A DNA stretch of 57,699 nucleotides, filler included, from Squatina squatina (lineage: Eukaryota): NCBI GenBank assembly GCA_031763465.1. It is 2 parts of 2 records of this genome, joined end to end, with 100 filler letters (N's around TTAATTAATTAA, not from the genome) between each part and the next. Parts side by side here need not be neighbours in the genome. Positions count along the whole stretch, not along the records: positions 1 to 29,870 come from JARFOE010000163.1; 1 more part is not named here. The stretch is one strand, 5' to 3'. This document shows positions 1-12,363 of this stretch, piece by piece. Numbering within the stretch: position 1 is the first letter of the stretch; each line of letters opens with the position of its first letter. Position numbers and translations under genes: made by a program. Below the pieces are notes generated by a model. It made no database searches. It was not told the DNA's origin and saw only the letters and a program-made list of their open reading frames with translations.

Positions 1-88
1 AAACCTCTTTGATTCAATTGCATTAAAATACTCAATTAGACAAAATGAAATCTAATGGAACAAAATATCTCCTTTAGATGCTAAATAC

Positions 89-3000
89 CATTCACGTAGA
101 GGCTGTTATTGTCCAGTGTATATGTCCCGAGAGTGGAAATGTCCTTTGTGTTGTCTCTGAACACGTGGTACACAGTAACTTTATTAACCTCCTGAGGAGC
201 AGAATCATTTCTGAATGTGCAGATTGCATACACATTGGTGTTATCAACATTTGCCAGGCTGTAAAATAAACAGATATTTAATTAAATGAATTAGAAAACA
301 TTGAATTAGAAACACTGAAAACATTGAAATCAGGTTAGCAGACATAAGCTTCCATGCTCTTTTGGGCATCAATTTGTAATATTGGGGCTAAAATTCAATG
401 TGTTACAGCTAATATGAATGCCAGTTGAGAATTCTTGCTGAATAACACCTCCCACTTTAACACCTGCAGTTTGCATTGTGCTCTGCAAGGAGGCAACTGA
501 TTGCACTTCTTCTACCAGTTAAGTTGCTGTTTAGCTAGATCATCACATGTTTTCTCAGTGGATGCCCTGTTATATACTTATTTTAGTGAATTCCATTGCG
601 CCTGATAGTCCAAATAACATGCAGAGTAAAGCTATGTATTCATGAGATGAGTAAATAAAAATGGGCAGAAATGATGTATCCAATTTAATGCACGGCCTGA
701 GTGACGATCTTTCTGTTTTCAACACACAAGGTATATAAGCATTGCAATATTAATGGCTCCAGCTTCTTAAAGTTTGCTAATTTTTTACACTTTAATTCTT
801 TATTTCTGTATCACTTTTGTTTCAAGTTGAAGTGTTTGGTACTGGGCAATGGAGCACCTGGGGGCCCCAATTGGTGTGCCTTCACATCCGTGTCGCGCCG
901 ATCAGCGGCGCTACCTGTGTGTGAAAGCAGCGCGGATTAAAAGAATGATAAAATCCGCAATTGGGCCTGACACCCCGGTGACGTATATCGCTCGTTGCCA
1001 GGGCCGCCGTTAGCGCTGGGGTTGGACGTGCGACGTCATAACTTCGTGCGCCGACTCCTCCACGCCGGCCCATGGTCCCCCTCTGCGCTATTGGTGAGCC
1101 GGCTCCGGAATTGGAGCTGGCCTCACCCACTTTGCCACTGGCATTGGCAACGCCAGGTTTCAACTGTCGTTGCCAAGATGTGTTAAAGGCGCGGGTGTTG
1201 CGCCGGTGGCTGCCATCTTTAAACATCGGCCGACTTTATTGTCCGCCTATGTGTGGCGGCCAATCGCCCCTCCAAAACCACTTACCCCCTTTGCTGGCAC
1301 GCTCTCTGGCGTGCCGGCATATTTTCGGTCCAATTCAGGTCTATCTGGTGGTCCAGTAGCCCTGGTTCGCTGGGCCAATGGCAAGACTGTGGCACTTACT
1401 TTTAAGGCAGGGGGTGGGGCCATGGCTTGCGCATAGACAGTTGCACCGGCAGCGTGGCTGACGCCAAGCTGCCAGTGTAACCCGGCAGTGACATGGCATT
1501 GACCGGGTCTTCACCAGTTCAGCGCCATGGCAACGCTGGTTTAGCGTTGCCACTTTACGCTGACCCGGAACAGTGACTAAATCACCAAGGCCACATCCCA
1601 GTGCCTTGCTGACAGCATGGCACACTCCCGACTGCTGGGCTCCGAATGCTGCGGTCCATTTCTGGCCACTCAAATGGGGCCCCCACATATTTAATATTAA
1701 TCAAAATGGAATTTAATCAATTATTTAAACAAAAATTTTAATATTTGAAAAATAAATTCATATATTTTAAATTGTCTAGAAATAAACTTACCTTATTTAA
1801 CAGAATTTTAAATATTTAAATTATTTTAAAAAATGTCTTTTTCTGTCACTTAAATGTCTTACGCTGACAAACGCGGGCCTTATGCCTGCTTTTTCAGTTG
1901 TAAGAATTTGAAAGGCATTCGCTGGGCAGAAGTTGGGCAGATAGCCCAACTCTCCTCCCGCGGAGGCCCNNNNNNNNNNNNNNNNNNNNNNNNNNNNNNN
2001 NNNNNNNNNNNNNNNNNNNNNNNNNNNNNNNNNNNNNNNNNNNNNNNNNNNNNNNNNNNNNNNNNNNNNTTGACTCTGTTTTTCTCTCCACAGATGCTGC
2101 CTGACCTGCTGAGTTTTTCCAGCAATTTTTGTTTGTATTATAGAAGTGATCTGTTAATGGTGGGAGCGGTAATGAGGTCAGACTGGATGGAGACTTGTGT
2201 AAAAACTTGCAGCATCGGGTATCTGTAGTGGAAATGCAGTTTAGAGAAGCTAGTAGCTAATGGAACATTTCTCAATCATCTGGGAACTTTGACTTGACAT
2301 CTGAAGCTGTCAACTCATCAACTGAAACAAGGGCCACTGACCTCCCACCTCAGCTTCATAGATAAGGTCTAGACACAGCGGGAAACCGGTGGGTGACCTG
2401 ACAAGCTGGGGAAAAAAGCATTATTAAGTGGCTGTAAACAAGCCACTAATGATTTCAATTACTTCCCCCGCCGCTGCATGTCGGGTCTGCTCCACACTGG
2501 CAGGCCTGACATTTGGAAAAGGCACGTGGCGGCGGGTTTACTGCGAGGTTCGGACATGCTGTCCACAAAAAACACTTTTCCACCCAACCCGACACCGATC
2601 GTGCCCAGTGACCCCCCGGAAAATTATTACTTTGTCTATAATTTCAGAACATGCTCAATTCCTGAATTGGCCTGAATGGTCAAACAGGAAAATAATAACG
2701 AACTAGCCCTAAATGGGAAACACTGCATCCCCAATAAGGAGGGTGCGTTTGACAATATATAAATAGGGTTTTATTAAGAATTCCTTTGTTGTTACCCACT
2801 GTAATAAAAGGAAATGTTAAAGAAACACAGAAGCTATACTCACTGGGTGAAGGAGTTGATTCATGGTAACCTGAAAAATCAAAAACATGTGTCTTCTATG
2901 AGATGAGTCAGGTGGAAAGTCATCATTCAATTGTGGAATTAAAAAAATTGGTTTGATCTAATGTTACACAATTTGATCATGGTAACACATTCAAGTTGAT

Positions 3001-4477
3001 AAAATGAAATCTATCAGAACAAAATATCTTCTTTAAATGCTAAATACCATTCACGTAGAGGCTGTTATTGTCCAGTGAATATGTTCCCAAGGTGGAGATG
3101 TCCTTCGTGTTGTCTCTGAACTCGTGGTACACAGTAACTTTATTAACCTCCTGAGGAGCAGAATCATTTGTGAATGTGCAGACTGCGTACACACTGGTGT
3201 CCTCAACATTTGCTCGGCTGGAAAATAGATGGATATACAATTAAGTGAATCAGAAAACATTATTTTGAAATCCTGTTTAACAGACATCAGACTTCATACC
3301 TTTTTGCACTTTCAGTTAATACATTGGCGCTGAAATTTCTCAATGTATTGCAGCTAATATATGTGTCAGCTGTGTACATTAGTGAACTGATTTGAACTAG
3401 TTCATGGGATTAATCATGCTGATTAACTTTAAACTTTTGAATAGTTCTTGTGATCCTGAGAAATTCAATTGTCTGGAGACATTTTTTCACAATAAGGCGT
3501 TAAGTGTCCGTACCACTGGTGAGTTTATGCTGACAGGTCATCAGCACACATTTGCCTATGTTCCAACAAACCCTTGCAGAACCAAACCTGTTTTACGCAA
3601 GTTAACACACAGAACTGATAACGGTGTTTGGCACATTAATCGTTTAGGAAATACGAAATGTCTGTGATTATGCAAAATCATTCATACTTCCCAATTATCC
3701 ACTTTGTATTAAAGATGCATACTGTAAAAGTGCCACCTAACTAATACAGTTAACCGAGTTCCAGTATGGAACAGAACAGGAGAGATTGTGGACAGTGATT
3801 TAAGTGTTTCAGCCTTTACAGTAGCGATGGTGCATCAGGAAATCTTGTTTTCCGGATCCGGGAGATGAAATTTAAATACTGTATCCAGGGTGGTCGAAAG
3901 CCATATCAGAAGGACTGCTGGAGCTCACTACCCAAGGAGACAGAGCATCTCTGATCTGACTGTGTGAGGAGGCTCTGTCAAGGAAGCAGTTAGTGATTTG
4001 TGACTTCTCCAGGAAGCAGACCCGCCGCTCAGGAGATACTTGAGTACTTCTACTATCAGGAATTGTAATAGTGAAAATAATAACATTTTTGCAATGTTAA
4101 GTACTTTTTACTAAACTTATAAACAATCTTGAAACAATTACTGATGGGGTATAATATCAACATTCCTTACCTTAAAGAGAAAACTCTGCAGCTTGAGAAT
4201 GTTCTGTTGATATTGCTGTTAGTAAACAGGTTGTCCAACTGAAGGAAAGAACAGTCACAGTTTAAGAAAGAAAGTAACATAATTAATTAAAATATATATT
4301 TGTACTAATCATTAAGTTGTCAACTGACCTGGAAAGCAATAATTCTTGATGCAGATTTGTACAGTGCAGAACTGGAATCTTGTAGATTTGTTGTCAGGGC
4401 CAGGTTCGTTATAATGAAGGTCACATTGAAATCAAAGGGATTTGTTTGCAGGTTTGGAGTTGTGGTCACAATTGCTG
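89..4477 (-). CDS. MUC16-like SEA-repeat mucin exons, distal block (partial; exons 4329-4477, 4171-4238, 3048-3217, 2844-2870, 89-258)
   Basis: All exons have AG/GT ends. The first four are phase-compatible: ...NPFDFNVTFIITNLALTTNLQDSSSALYKSASRIIAFQ | LDNLFTNSNINRTFSSCRVFSLS | RANVEDTSVYAVCTFTND...LGTYSLDNNSLYVNG | YHESTPSP. 89-258 is another 170-nt exon ending LGTYTLDNNSLYVNG, matching the MUC16 SEA end motif LGPYTLDRNSLYVNG. Its two preceding exons are presumably in the gap at 1970-2069. Confidence 0.85.
859..1685. mobile_element. Non-autonomous TIR DNA transposon (MITE-like)
   Basis: GC/CpG-rich island with ends TGGGGGCCCCAATTG (859-873) and CAAATGGGGCCCCCA (1671-1685), a 14/15 inverted repeat. 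No coding capacity. Confidence 0.65.
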
Positions 4478-4899
4478 CTGTTAAGAGCAATTAGAAAAAT
4501 GTAAAACTAAGAATAAAAAATCTCTGTGACCTCATCATTTGTGTTACACAGAGTGAAGGTAAAGGAAACCAAGAACATAGAAAGACTAGCAGAATATTTC
4601 ATGCTCGTATTAGAGGTTTCTGAGGTGGTGTGAGACGGAAAGGATCATCCCATCACTTTTTTAACACGTATGTGATTGGACAGAAACTGCCCTAACCATT
4701 GATCATGTAATTGACTGCTTCTTTGTATAGTTCTCCAAATTCTATTGAGTCTGCTGCTGACTTGGAGTCTTCCGCTCATTATCAAATTTGGGTTGCAGGC
4801 CTAATTTCAGGTACTATCCTGTTGTAGTTATGCACAGGTGTATTATCAGTCTATTAATATGCCTCACATAAAGGAGACAGGATGACACAGCACATACAG

Positions 4900-5400
4900 A
4901 ATCTCTGGGCAAGATTTTACGAACCTCGGCGGGTCCATGGCAGGTGACATCGGTGGCAGGTCCTAGCCTCGCTGCTAGCTCCAGCCCACTGTGTAGATTG
5001 ATTTTCTGTTGATTGAGCTTGTTAAGCCTGCCCAGCGCGTTTCCTGCCCAATTGAAGGAAGCGGGTCTGATGACGTCATTTGATGACGCATCATCAGCCG
5101 GTTTCCTCAAAGAGACCATGCACAAATTAATTTTGAAATTTGTGCTGTCAGTGTTCCACAGCATTGAGGTACTGCAAGCACTGACAAGCACTGCACAAAG
5201 GCACAGGGCTGCACCCAGGCTCTCCCATGCTTATGGAGGGAGGCACACCATGCAGGGAGGTTCTCTTCCCATCCAATGACCAATGCAACCTGGTTGCACA
5301 TTGCACAGGAGGACACAAGCAGGTATGTTGTCAGGAGGACCAGGCTGCAGTGGCGCAAACCTATCAATGATTGCAGTAGATCACAAAACGTTACTGCAAC
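4900..5400 (+). mobile_element. PIF/Harbinger-type remnant with degraded Myb/SANT-like ORF
   Basis: Fragments RAAPRLS and TWLHIAQEDTSRYVVRRTRLQWRKPIND resemble the trihelix W-x-x-IA...RT-x-x-QCRKRFND motif of Harbinger DNA-binding proteins. The ORF is disrupted. Confidence 0.55.
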
Positions 5401-5451
5401 GCAACACTCAACCTCATCCTGCTGTGCCACACCTCCCATCCCCATCACTCT

Positions 5452-5730
5452 GACTTTTTTATTTGTTCCTGGGATGTGTACGTTGCTGCCAAGGTCAGCA
5501 TTTATTGCCCATCCCTAGTTGCCCTTGAGAAGGTGGTGATGAGCCGCCTTCTTGAGCCACTGCAGTCCGTGTGGTGAAGGAACTCCCACAGTGCTGTTAG
5601 GGAGGGAGTTCCAGGATTTTGACCTAGTGACGACGAAGGAAGGGCGATAGACTTCCAAGTCAGGGTGGCGTGTAACTTGGAGGGGAACTTGGAGGTGGTG
5701 CTGTTCCCATGTGTCTGCTGCCCTTGTCCT
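5452..5730 (-). mobile_element. LINE (CR1/L2-group) 3' end fragment
   Basis: T-rich tail followed by GCATTTATTGCCCATCCCT..TTGCCCTTGAGAAGGTGGTG, a very common elasmobranch repeat end (recalled, not searched). Confidence 0.5.
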
Positions 5731-7675
5731 NNNNNNNNNNNNNNNNNNNNNNNNNNNNNNNNNNNNNNNNNNNNNNNNNNNNNNNNNNNNNNNNNNNNNN
5801 NNNNNNNNNNNNNNNNNNNNNNNNNNNNNNTGAGGAGGTAGTGCTGGCGGTGATCAGGAGGGGAGTGGCAGAGGCCATGGCCACAGGCAGAGGAGTGGAC
5901 ATCTCACCTAGAGGTATATGGCCACTCCAGCTTCCTTATATATCCACAACTATTCCTGATTCCTAATCCTCTAAACCTATCCTCAGTCACAAAGCTCCAT
6001 ATGGCCTCATCACGTACATCCTCCTATACGAACCCCTGTAGCTTTATCATTGCAGGCTCCCAGCAGCAAGGTCCAACTCGCACTCAAGCGCTGATTATGA
6101 GGGGAGTGGCAGAGGCCATGGCCACAGGCAGAGGAGGGGACATCTCCCCTAGAGGTAGGATCTGGAAGAGGATGAAGAGCCACTTTGTCCCACCCAGAAG
6201 ACGATGAGGAGGAGGGGAGCAAGGAAGATGCCACTGCATCAATTGCTACCACTGTTGCAGGGACCAGCACCACACGTAACTTAGAGGCTAGTGCAGAACA
6301 TGGATCCTCACGCCGGAACGCACTGGGCACGAGTGCGTAGCAACCACGCCGGGTGGAAGGGGCATCACAGATCGCATACTCGTTGTCATAGAGGAGTAAG
6401 ATGAGGACTGCACAGGGCCAAGCTTCAGAAGAAGGCTTGTGTGTTTAACAAACCAAATGCTTGGTGCAATGGACAGCCTGCCTGAAAGCTTACAGGTTGT
6501 GGCTAAAGGGATGGAAGAGTCCACCTCCAGTTTGGCCCATGGCTTGACGCAGAACCTGGATCCATTCCCTCCAGTGTGGAGAGGCTGGTCAATTCCATCC
6601 AGCGACCTGTGGAACCCAACATCATGCAGTGTCTGATGATTGAGTTTGCAGCTTCGACTGAAGTCATAGCATCTTCCATGAAACAACAAAGTGCTGCAGT
6701 GGAAGCTCAGGCTGCTGCCTTAGTGACCCTGGGCTCCTCGGCTGAGTGTCTCAGCTGCCCATAGATCTGTCCTGCAGCAGATCAATTTGCTGGCTGAAAA
6801 GATGCCTAGAGGCAGTGGTGCAGGAATCATGGCACAGGAACCTCCTGGCCTTTCCCTGGATGGCTGCATTTCTGCTCCCTCCCCTGGCACTCCACCATTG
6901 CCCTTGCAGTTGCCCATCAGCCTGGTGGCCCAGACTGCTCAAGCCCATGCTGAGATGGTACAGGCTGAGGCAGGGCTATCACAGCCCACAGCATCTCGAG
7001 GGCATCACAGGAGGATCTCTGTACTGTGCTCTTCAGAATGGTAGCAGCCATTCATCGTGGGCTGCTGCCCATTTGGCTTGTGCTTCATAGAAGCATCAGA
7101 TTAGGCAAGAGTACTTCTGCGATAGCCACTAAGGGTAAACACCAGAGTGAATAGTTTAATATTTATAAGTTGTTGGTTGTTTGATGTTTTCATTGTTTTT
7201 GCTCTAGATAAAGAGTAATGATGGTAATTGGGTAGTGGTGGAATTGGTGGTCTTTTTTATTGTGTTCTTTAGGGCAAAGGGTTGNNNNNNNNNNNNNNNN
7301 NNNNNNNNNNNNNNNNNNNNNNNNNNNNNNNNNNNNNNNNNNNNNNNNNNNNNNNNNNNNNNNNNNNNNNNNNNNNNNNNNNNNCCCACGTCATAGAGGA
7401 AATCCCGTGGGTTTGCACCTGAGAATCCCCCTCTGTCTGCCTCTATCACACCCAAAAGCCCCCCAAAGCATCATAGGTTTACAGACCAACATGTCTTTGC
7501 ATATCGAAAAATCATAGGATATATAAAAATAGTTGAAGTTTTTACTACAGTGCATTTATTTCAGTTTCTGGTTTTAGTTTAGTTCAGTTTAACAAAATAG
7601 TTGTGGTAATGTACTTCATTCTACTTTAAGCAATCTGTAATCTGCATGATTGTTATTTATTATTAATATTTCTTA

Positions 7676-7768
7676 TCAGTAGTATTTCTGATGTGGAAAG
7701 TAGACTCCAGCAGGGTTTTGCAGCATGTTGTAGGATCCATGATACTTCTTTTTCAAACGTAATGCAAT
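7676..7768 (-). CDS. Terminal exon: cytoplasmic tail of MUC16-like transmembrane mucin
   Basis: AG acceptor at 7770-7769, phase 0, reads IALRLKKKYHGSYNMLQNPAGVYFPHQKYY then TGA. It is in phase with the TM exon and resembles the MUC16 tail (basic stretch, G-x-YNV-QQ...G-YY..H). Confidence 0.75.
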   Translation of the reverse strand: MALRLKKKYHGSYNMLQNPAGVYFPHQKYY

Positions 7769-8033
7769 CTGAAAGACTAAAATGTTATCAGTTAGTAAAC
7801 ATACCAGAAATATTGTAATTTGTTATGTATCAAATATAGTTCTATGAATCAAATATTACATTCTGTTACATTATTTGAGTGTGCCAATGTGCACAGCTTC
7901 CTCATCAACAACCGAGTACAGCTCAGTTCTATATTCAGTTTGCTTTTTTAAATAAAGGTTGCCATATTCTATTTTACATTCTGCTCTTTTAAAATTGAAT
8001 AGCTGAAGGCAATTTACTGTGACACACAATCTA

Positions 8034-8786
8034 TGGGGGCCCAATTGGTCTGTTTTAGTGCCATGATAGAGCCAAAATGTGGCGCTACCCAGGTGCTGAA
8101 GCAGTGCAAGGGTCAATTTTTTTATGTGGATTTGGGCATGGAGCCCCAGCGATGCAAAGGTCTCTTCGCCTGGGACACTATTGGTGCCACGGGTCAACGC
8201 ACGACATCATCAAGTTGCGCGTTGACACCTTAGCGTCGCCCCGCGACCCCCTTTAGCGTCGCCGGTGAGCTGTGGCTGGAATTGGTCCACGGCTCACTGG
8301 CAAGACCCATGTCGTTGGCAACAACAGGTTTGACCTGTCGTTGTGAACGGTACTTAAATGGGAGGTGATTAAGCCGCCTGCCGCCAATTTTTTACACCAG
8401 CCGACTTCCACATCAGCCTATGTTTGCCGGCCGATCGGCCACCAGCGCCGCTTCGCCACCTCTCTGGCGTGCCAGCATTTTTCTGCCCCCAACCCAGCTC
8501 CCTGGTGGCCCAGCGGTGGGCCTCAAGACTCTGCTGCTTCAGCCGGCGACCCTCCCCTTTAAGGCAGGGAGCGGAGCCGCGGCTGACGCATGCGTGGTGA
8601 CCTCGGCAACGTGGTGCTTGCCGCTTTGCCGATGCTAGCCCGCACTCCCCAGCAATTCGGGCGGTCAGCACCAAGTCAGCGCTTCATGAGCACTGACACG
8701 TTGCGCTAACCTGGAAAAGAAGCAAAGACCCCAATTCCAGGTCAGGAGACGTTGCTCTGGGGCCGGCGCAAAAACACCGAGCCCCG
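8034..8786. mobile_element. Second member of the same MITE-like family (truncated by gap)
   Basis: Begins TGGGGGCCCAATTGG and shares colinear internal blocks with 859-1685 (e.g. GGAATTGG, CTCTGGCGTGCC, TTTAAGGCAGGG). Confidence 0.6.
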
Positions 8787-10206
8787 NNNNNNNNNNNNNN
8801 NNNNNNNNNNNNNNNNNNNNNNNNNNNNNNNNNNNNNNNNNNNNNNNNNNNNNNNNNNNNNNNNNNNNNNNNNNNNNNNNNNNNNNNNNNNNNNNNNNNN
8901 NNNNNNNNNNNNNNNNNNNNNNNNNNNNNNNNNNNNNNNNNNNNNNNNNNNNNNNNNNNNNNNNNNNNNNNNNNNNNNNNNNNNNNNNNNNNNNNNNNNN
9001 NNNNNNNNNNNNNNNNNNNNNNNNNNNNNNNNNNNNNNNNNNNNNNNNNNNNNNNNNNNNNNNNNNNNNNNNNNNNNNNNNNNNNNNNNNNNNNNNNNNN
9101 NNNNNNNNNNNNNNNNNNNNNNNNNNNNNNNNNNNNNNNNNNNNNNNNNNNNNNNNNNNNNNNNNNNNNNNNNNNNNNNNNNNNNNNNNNNNNNNNNNNN
9201 NNNNNNNNNNNNNNNNNNNNNNNNNNNNNNNNNNNNNNNNNNNNNNNNNNNNNNNNNNNNNNNNNNNNNNNNNNNNNNNNNNNNNNNNNNNNNNNNNNNN
9301 NNNNNNNNNNNNNNNNNNNNNNNNNNNNNNNNNNNNNNNNNNNNNNNNNNNNNNNNNNNNNNNNNNNNNNNNNNNNNNNNNNNNNNNNNNNNNNNNNNNN
9401 NNNNNNNNNNNNNNNNNNNNNNNNNNNNNNNNNNNNNNNNNNNNNNNNNNNNNNNNNNNNNNNNNNNNNNNNNNNNNNNNNNNNNNNNNNNNNNNNNNNN
9501 NNNNNNNNNNNNNNNNNNNNNNNNNNNNNNNNNNNNNNNNNNNNNNNNNNNNNNNNNNNNNNNNNNNNNNNNNNNNNNNNNNNNNNNNNNNNNNNNNNNN
9601 NNNNNNNNNNNNNNNNNNNNNNNNNNNNNNNNNNNNNNNNNNNNNNNNNNNNNNNNNNNNNNNNNNNNNNNNNNNNNNNNNNNNNNNNNNNNNNNNNNNN
9701 NNNNNNNNNNNNNNNNTCTGAATATTGCCGTTAGTAACTTCAGACCTTCCTTATATTCTCCAGTTTCTTTACAGGAGGAGGTGCCAGTGATATGATGGGG
9801 TCTGTTTGTGTCCCTCCCTTTCCCTTATTTGCTTATCTTCGTTCCAGTTCTGAAGAAAGGTTCGACCTGGAACACTGGCTTGTCTTTTCTCTGGCTGACT
9901 AAATGGCTTGGTGTTTCCCGAACTTTGTTTTTGTTTCATATTAAGAGCAGGCTTTTTCTTGAAATATCCTACTTCTTCTTAAGAACAACTAATAGATTGT
10001 ATTCCATACTTAAAATAAAATAATAGTGATCAATAATTAAGTATTGTTAAACCTTGGCGACAAACGATCCTTGTGACTGATTTGACCAGTGATCCGACTG
10101 GTCTTGGTCATATTCTCAGAATTATTTTCCATTATATACTGTACATTTCTAGACTCCAGCTTTGCAATGAGACACTGCACAATATTGAAAAATCGGATGT
10201 ACTTAC

Positions 10207-10319
10207 CAATAAACATAATAGGAAGAGCAGAAATAGAATGAGCAGTATGCCCAGCACAATGAGTATGATTCCCCAATATGGTATTTCTATTTTGCCACTA
10301 GAGATGGGTGCTTTAGCTT
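10207..10319 (-). CDS. Transmembrane exon of MUC16-like mucin
   Basis: 113-nt exon, AG...GTAAGT, phase 1 to 0: (E)AKAPISSGKIEIPYWGIILIVLGILLILFLLFLLCLL. PYW before the hydrophobic helix parallels PFW in MUC16. Confidence 0.88.
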
Positions 10320-10826
10320 CTGCATGAAATAAATACAGAACAATTAATAGTGGAATGTAATTGAATAAATGTTTTTTTATAATTAAATTTAACATAATTC
10401 AACATTTCATCTATTTTTCAGCAATCATGTTCGTTATGACATTAGTTAGAATTTTTTTTAAAGTTGCTGACAGGTTTAACATATATAAGTAAATAACTGA
10501 CTTTACCAAACAAATGTTTATTGCTAATTTCCTCAAGCCCCAAACCTGAAAAGCTAAAAAAAAATTGATCTGGAAAGCTTTTTCAGAACCTCTCCCTTGG
10601 TGAACAAATGTGTCTTTACAGAGAATCTATAATAACTACCTTTAACAGGGGCTGAACTTGAGATTTGGCCAACTTGACAGGAACTAAACAATCCTGCTCA
10701 AACATCCTGTGATACCCCTGCCCACTTCCTGCAGAACAATGAGCCAGCCCAGATTCACACTAATTAATGATCAACAGGGAAAGATAGAAATCCTAGAAAT
10801 AAATGCAATTAAAGTTGATACTTTAC

Positions 10827-11804
10827 CCACTGACAAGCTGTTACTTCGCAGCTGGTAGACTTTTCCAAGCAAGCTTGTTCCATTTGTTCCAGTGGCAAAT
10901 TCTGTTCTGACTTTTTCTGCCGTCACTGGTTCATTTGCGGCATTTGGGTTGAAGTAGCACATGCAGATAGGTATAACAGATCCAATTCTATTGGGAAAAA
11001 AGGAGAAATTAATTGTTTGTAGAAGGAAACCATTCATAACTTAAATGACCCGACTAACTTGAGCACACATCTAATGCTCTAATGTCATATTTAAGATTCA
11101 GTGATGCAGTAAATATTACAAATGTCTACGCATCAAATTAAGTTTGATTCAAAGTATCTTATCAAGACTATTTCAAAATATTTGAATAAGTGCAGCAAAT
11201 ATAGTAATAGTTGGCCTGTAATTTTCGCTGCATCATTATGTAATGTACCCTAGAGAAATTCAGGATTCCATAACACACTGCAGTACAGTCTGTGGTCACA
11301 TTCTGGGACTCATTTTCATGTCTGTTACACCCCACGTGTCACAGTTCACAGAGCATAATGACTGAGAAAACTGTCTTAAGGTCTATAACTCTGGGTCTAC
11401 ACCCCTTTTATGTGAGATGCATATTTGCAGAGGTCCTGAAGTTGGGTACAGGGCTTTTGTTTTAACTTAAAATGAATAACAAATGGCATTTACTAGATAT
11501 CTGAACTGAAACAGATACCAGGAATTTAATCAGCAATATATGACTAAGGAATTGTTTAACTACAAGTTGTCAGTATGTAACAATATATATGGTTGAATTT
11601 AACTCCAGGCACAAACTGGTATTAATAAATATAGTTTGCAAACCAGATTTGGATTCTGTTAATGTGCTTGACCTATTAAAGGTAATTGTTTTGTTTTATC
11701 TCGATGGTACCTAACATGCAAAATAAACCTTCTTACCTCAGTCCTGTAACTTGACAGAAGCGGTAGCTGTCCTTTAAAGAGCTGTTCTTATAGAGCTGTG
11801 TGAG
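10827..11804 (-). CDS. Membrane-proximal SEA domain exons (11737-11804, 10827-10987)
   Basis: 68-nt exon LTQLYKNSSLKDSYRFCQVTGL(R) splices in phase to 161-nt exon IGSVIPICMCYFNPN...VYQLRSNSLSV, which is in phase with the TM exon. Splice sites are canonical. Confidence 0.88.
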
Positions 11805-12363
11805 CTGCAAAAGATAACAAATGTAAGTACAGATTGGACATTTTTCAAGAAAAATATATGCAAACGTAAGCAAGCCACCCACAGCAATCTCATTCGAAAC
11901 ACGTAGCTATGTAATTACTACGATTCAGTGTGCCCTTCTGTTGCCCTAATCGCTCAGCCACCATGTGTCCTTATGTGTGTTTCTCAGTAGCTAACGTGGC
12001 AGATGGCTCTCCTGTCCCCATTGGTTAATGATTGACGTCCGTGTGTTTTTTTTAGCAGGCCCTCGCAGTGTTGACCTTTGCACTGCCCAGTTTTAGAGTG
12101 GAGCTCTTTTGTTTGATTGCCTCCTCGGTGCACCCTGTCTATTTTTAGCCCCTTTAATGTTTGGGAAAAGCTGTTGGGCGAGGCCTGGATGCGCAATGTG
12201 ATTGCAACCTGCAATCCCTCCATTGTCACCNNNNNNNNNNNNNNNNNNNNNNNNNNNNNNNNNNNNNNNNNNNNNNNNNNNNNNNNNNNNNNNNNNNNNN
12301 NNNNNNNNNNNNNNNNNNNNNNNNNNNNNNAATACTGATTAGGTTTAGTTTAACATTCCTTAC

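Noticed and set aside
5850-6160. ~65-bp direct duplication (about 5850-5915 and 6095-6157)
   Set aside because: It falls in degraded, probably transposon-derived sequence with no intact ORF, so it was not treated as a separate functional element.
8752-9795. 347-aa ORF and other X-containing ORFs
   Set aside because: They read through assembly N gaps.
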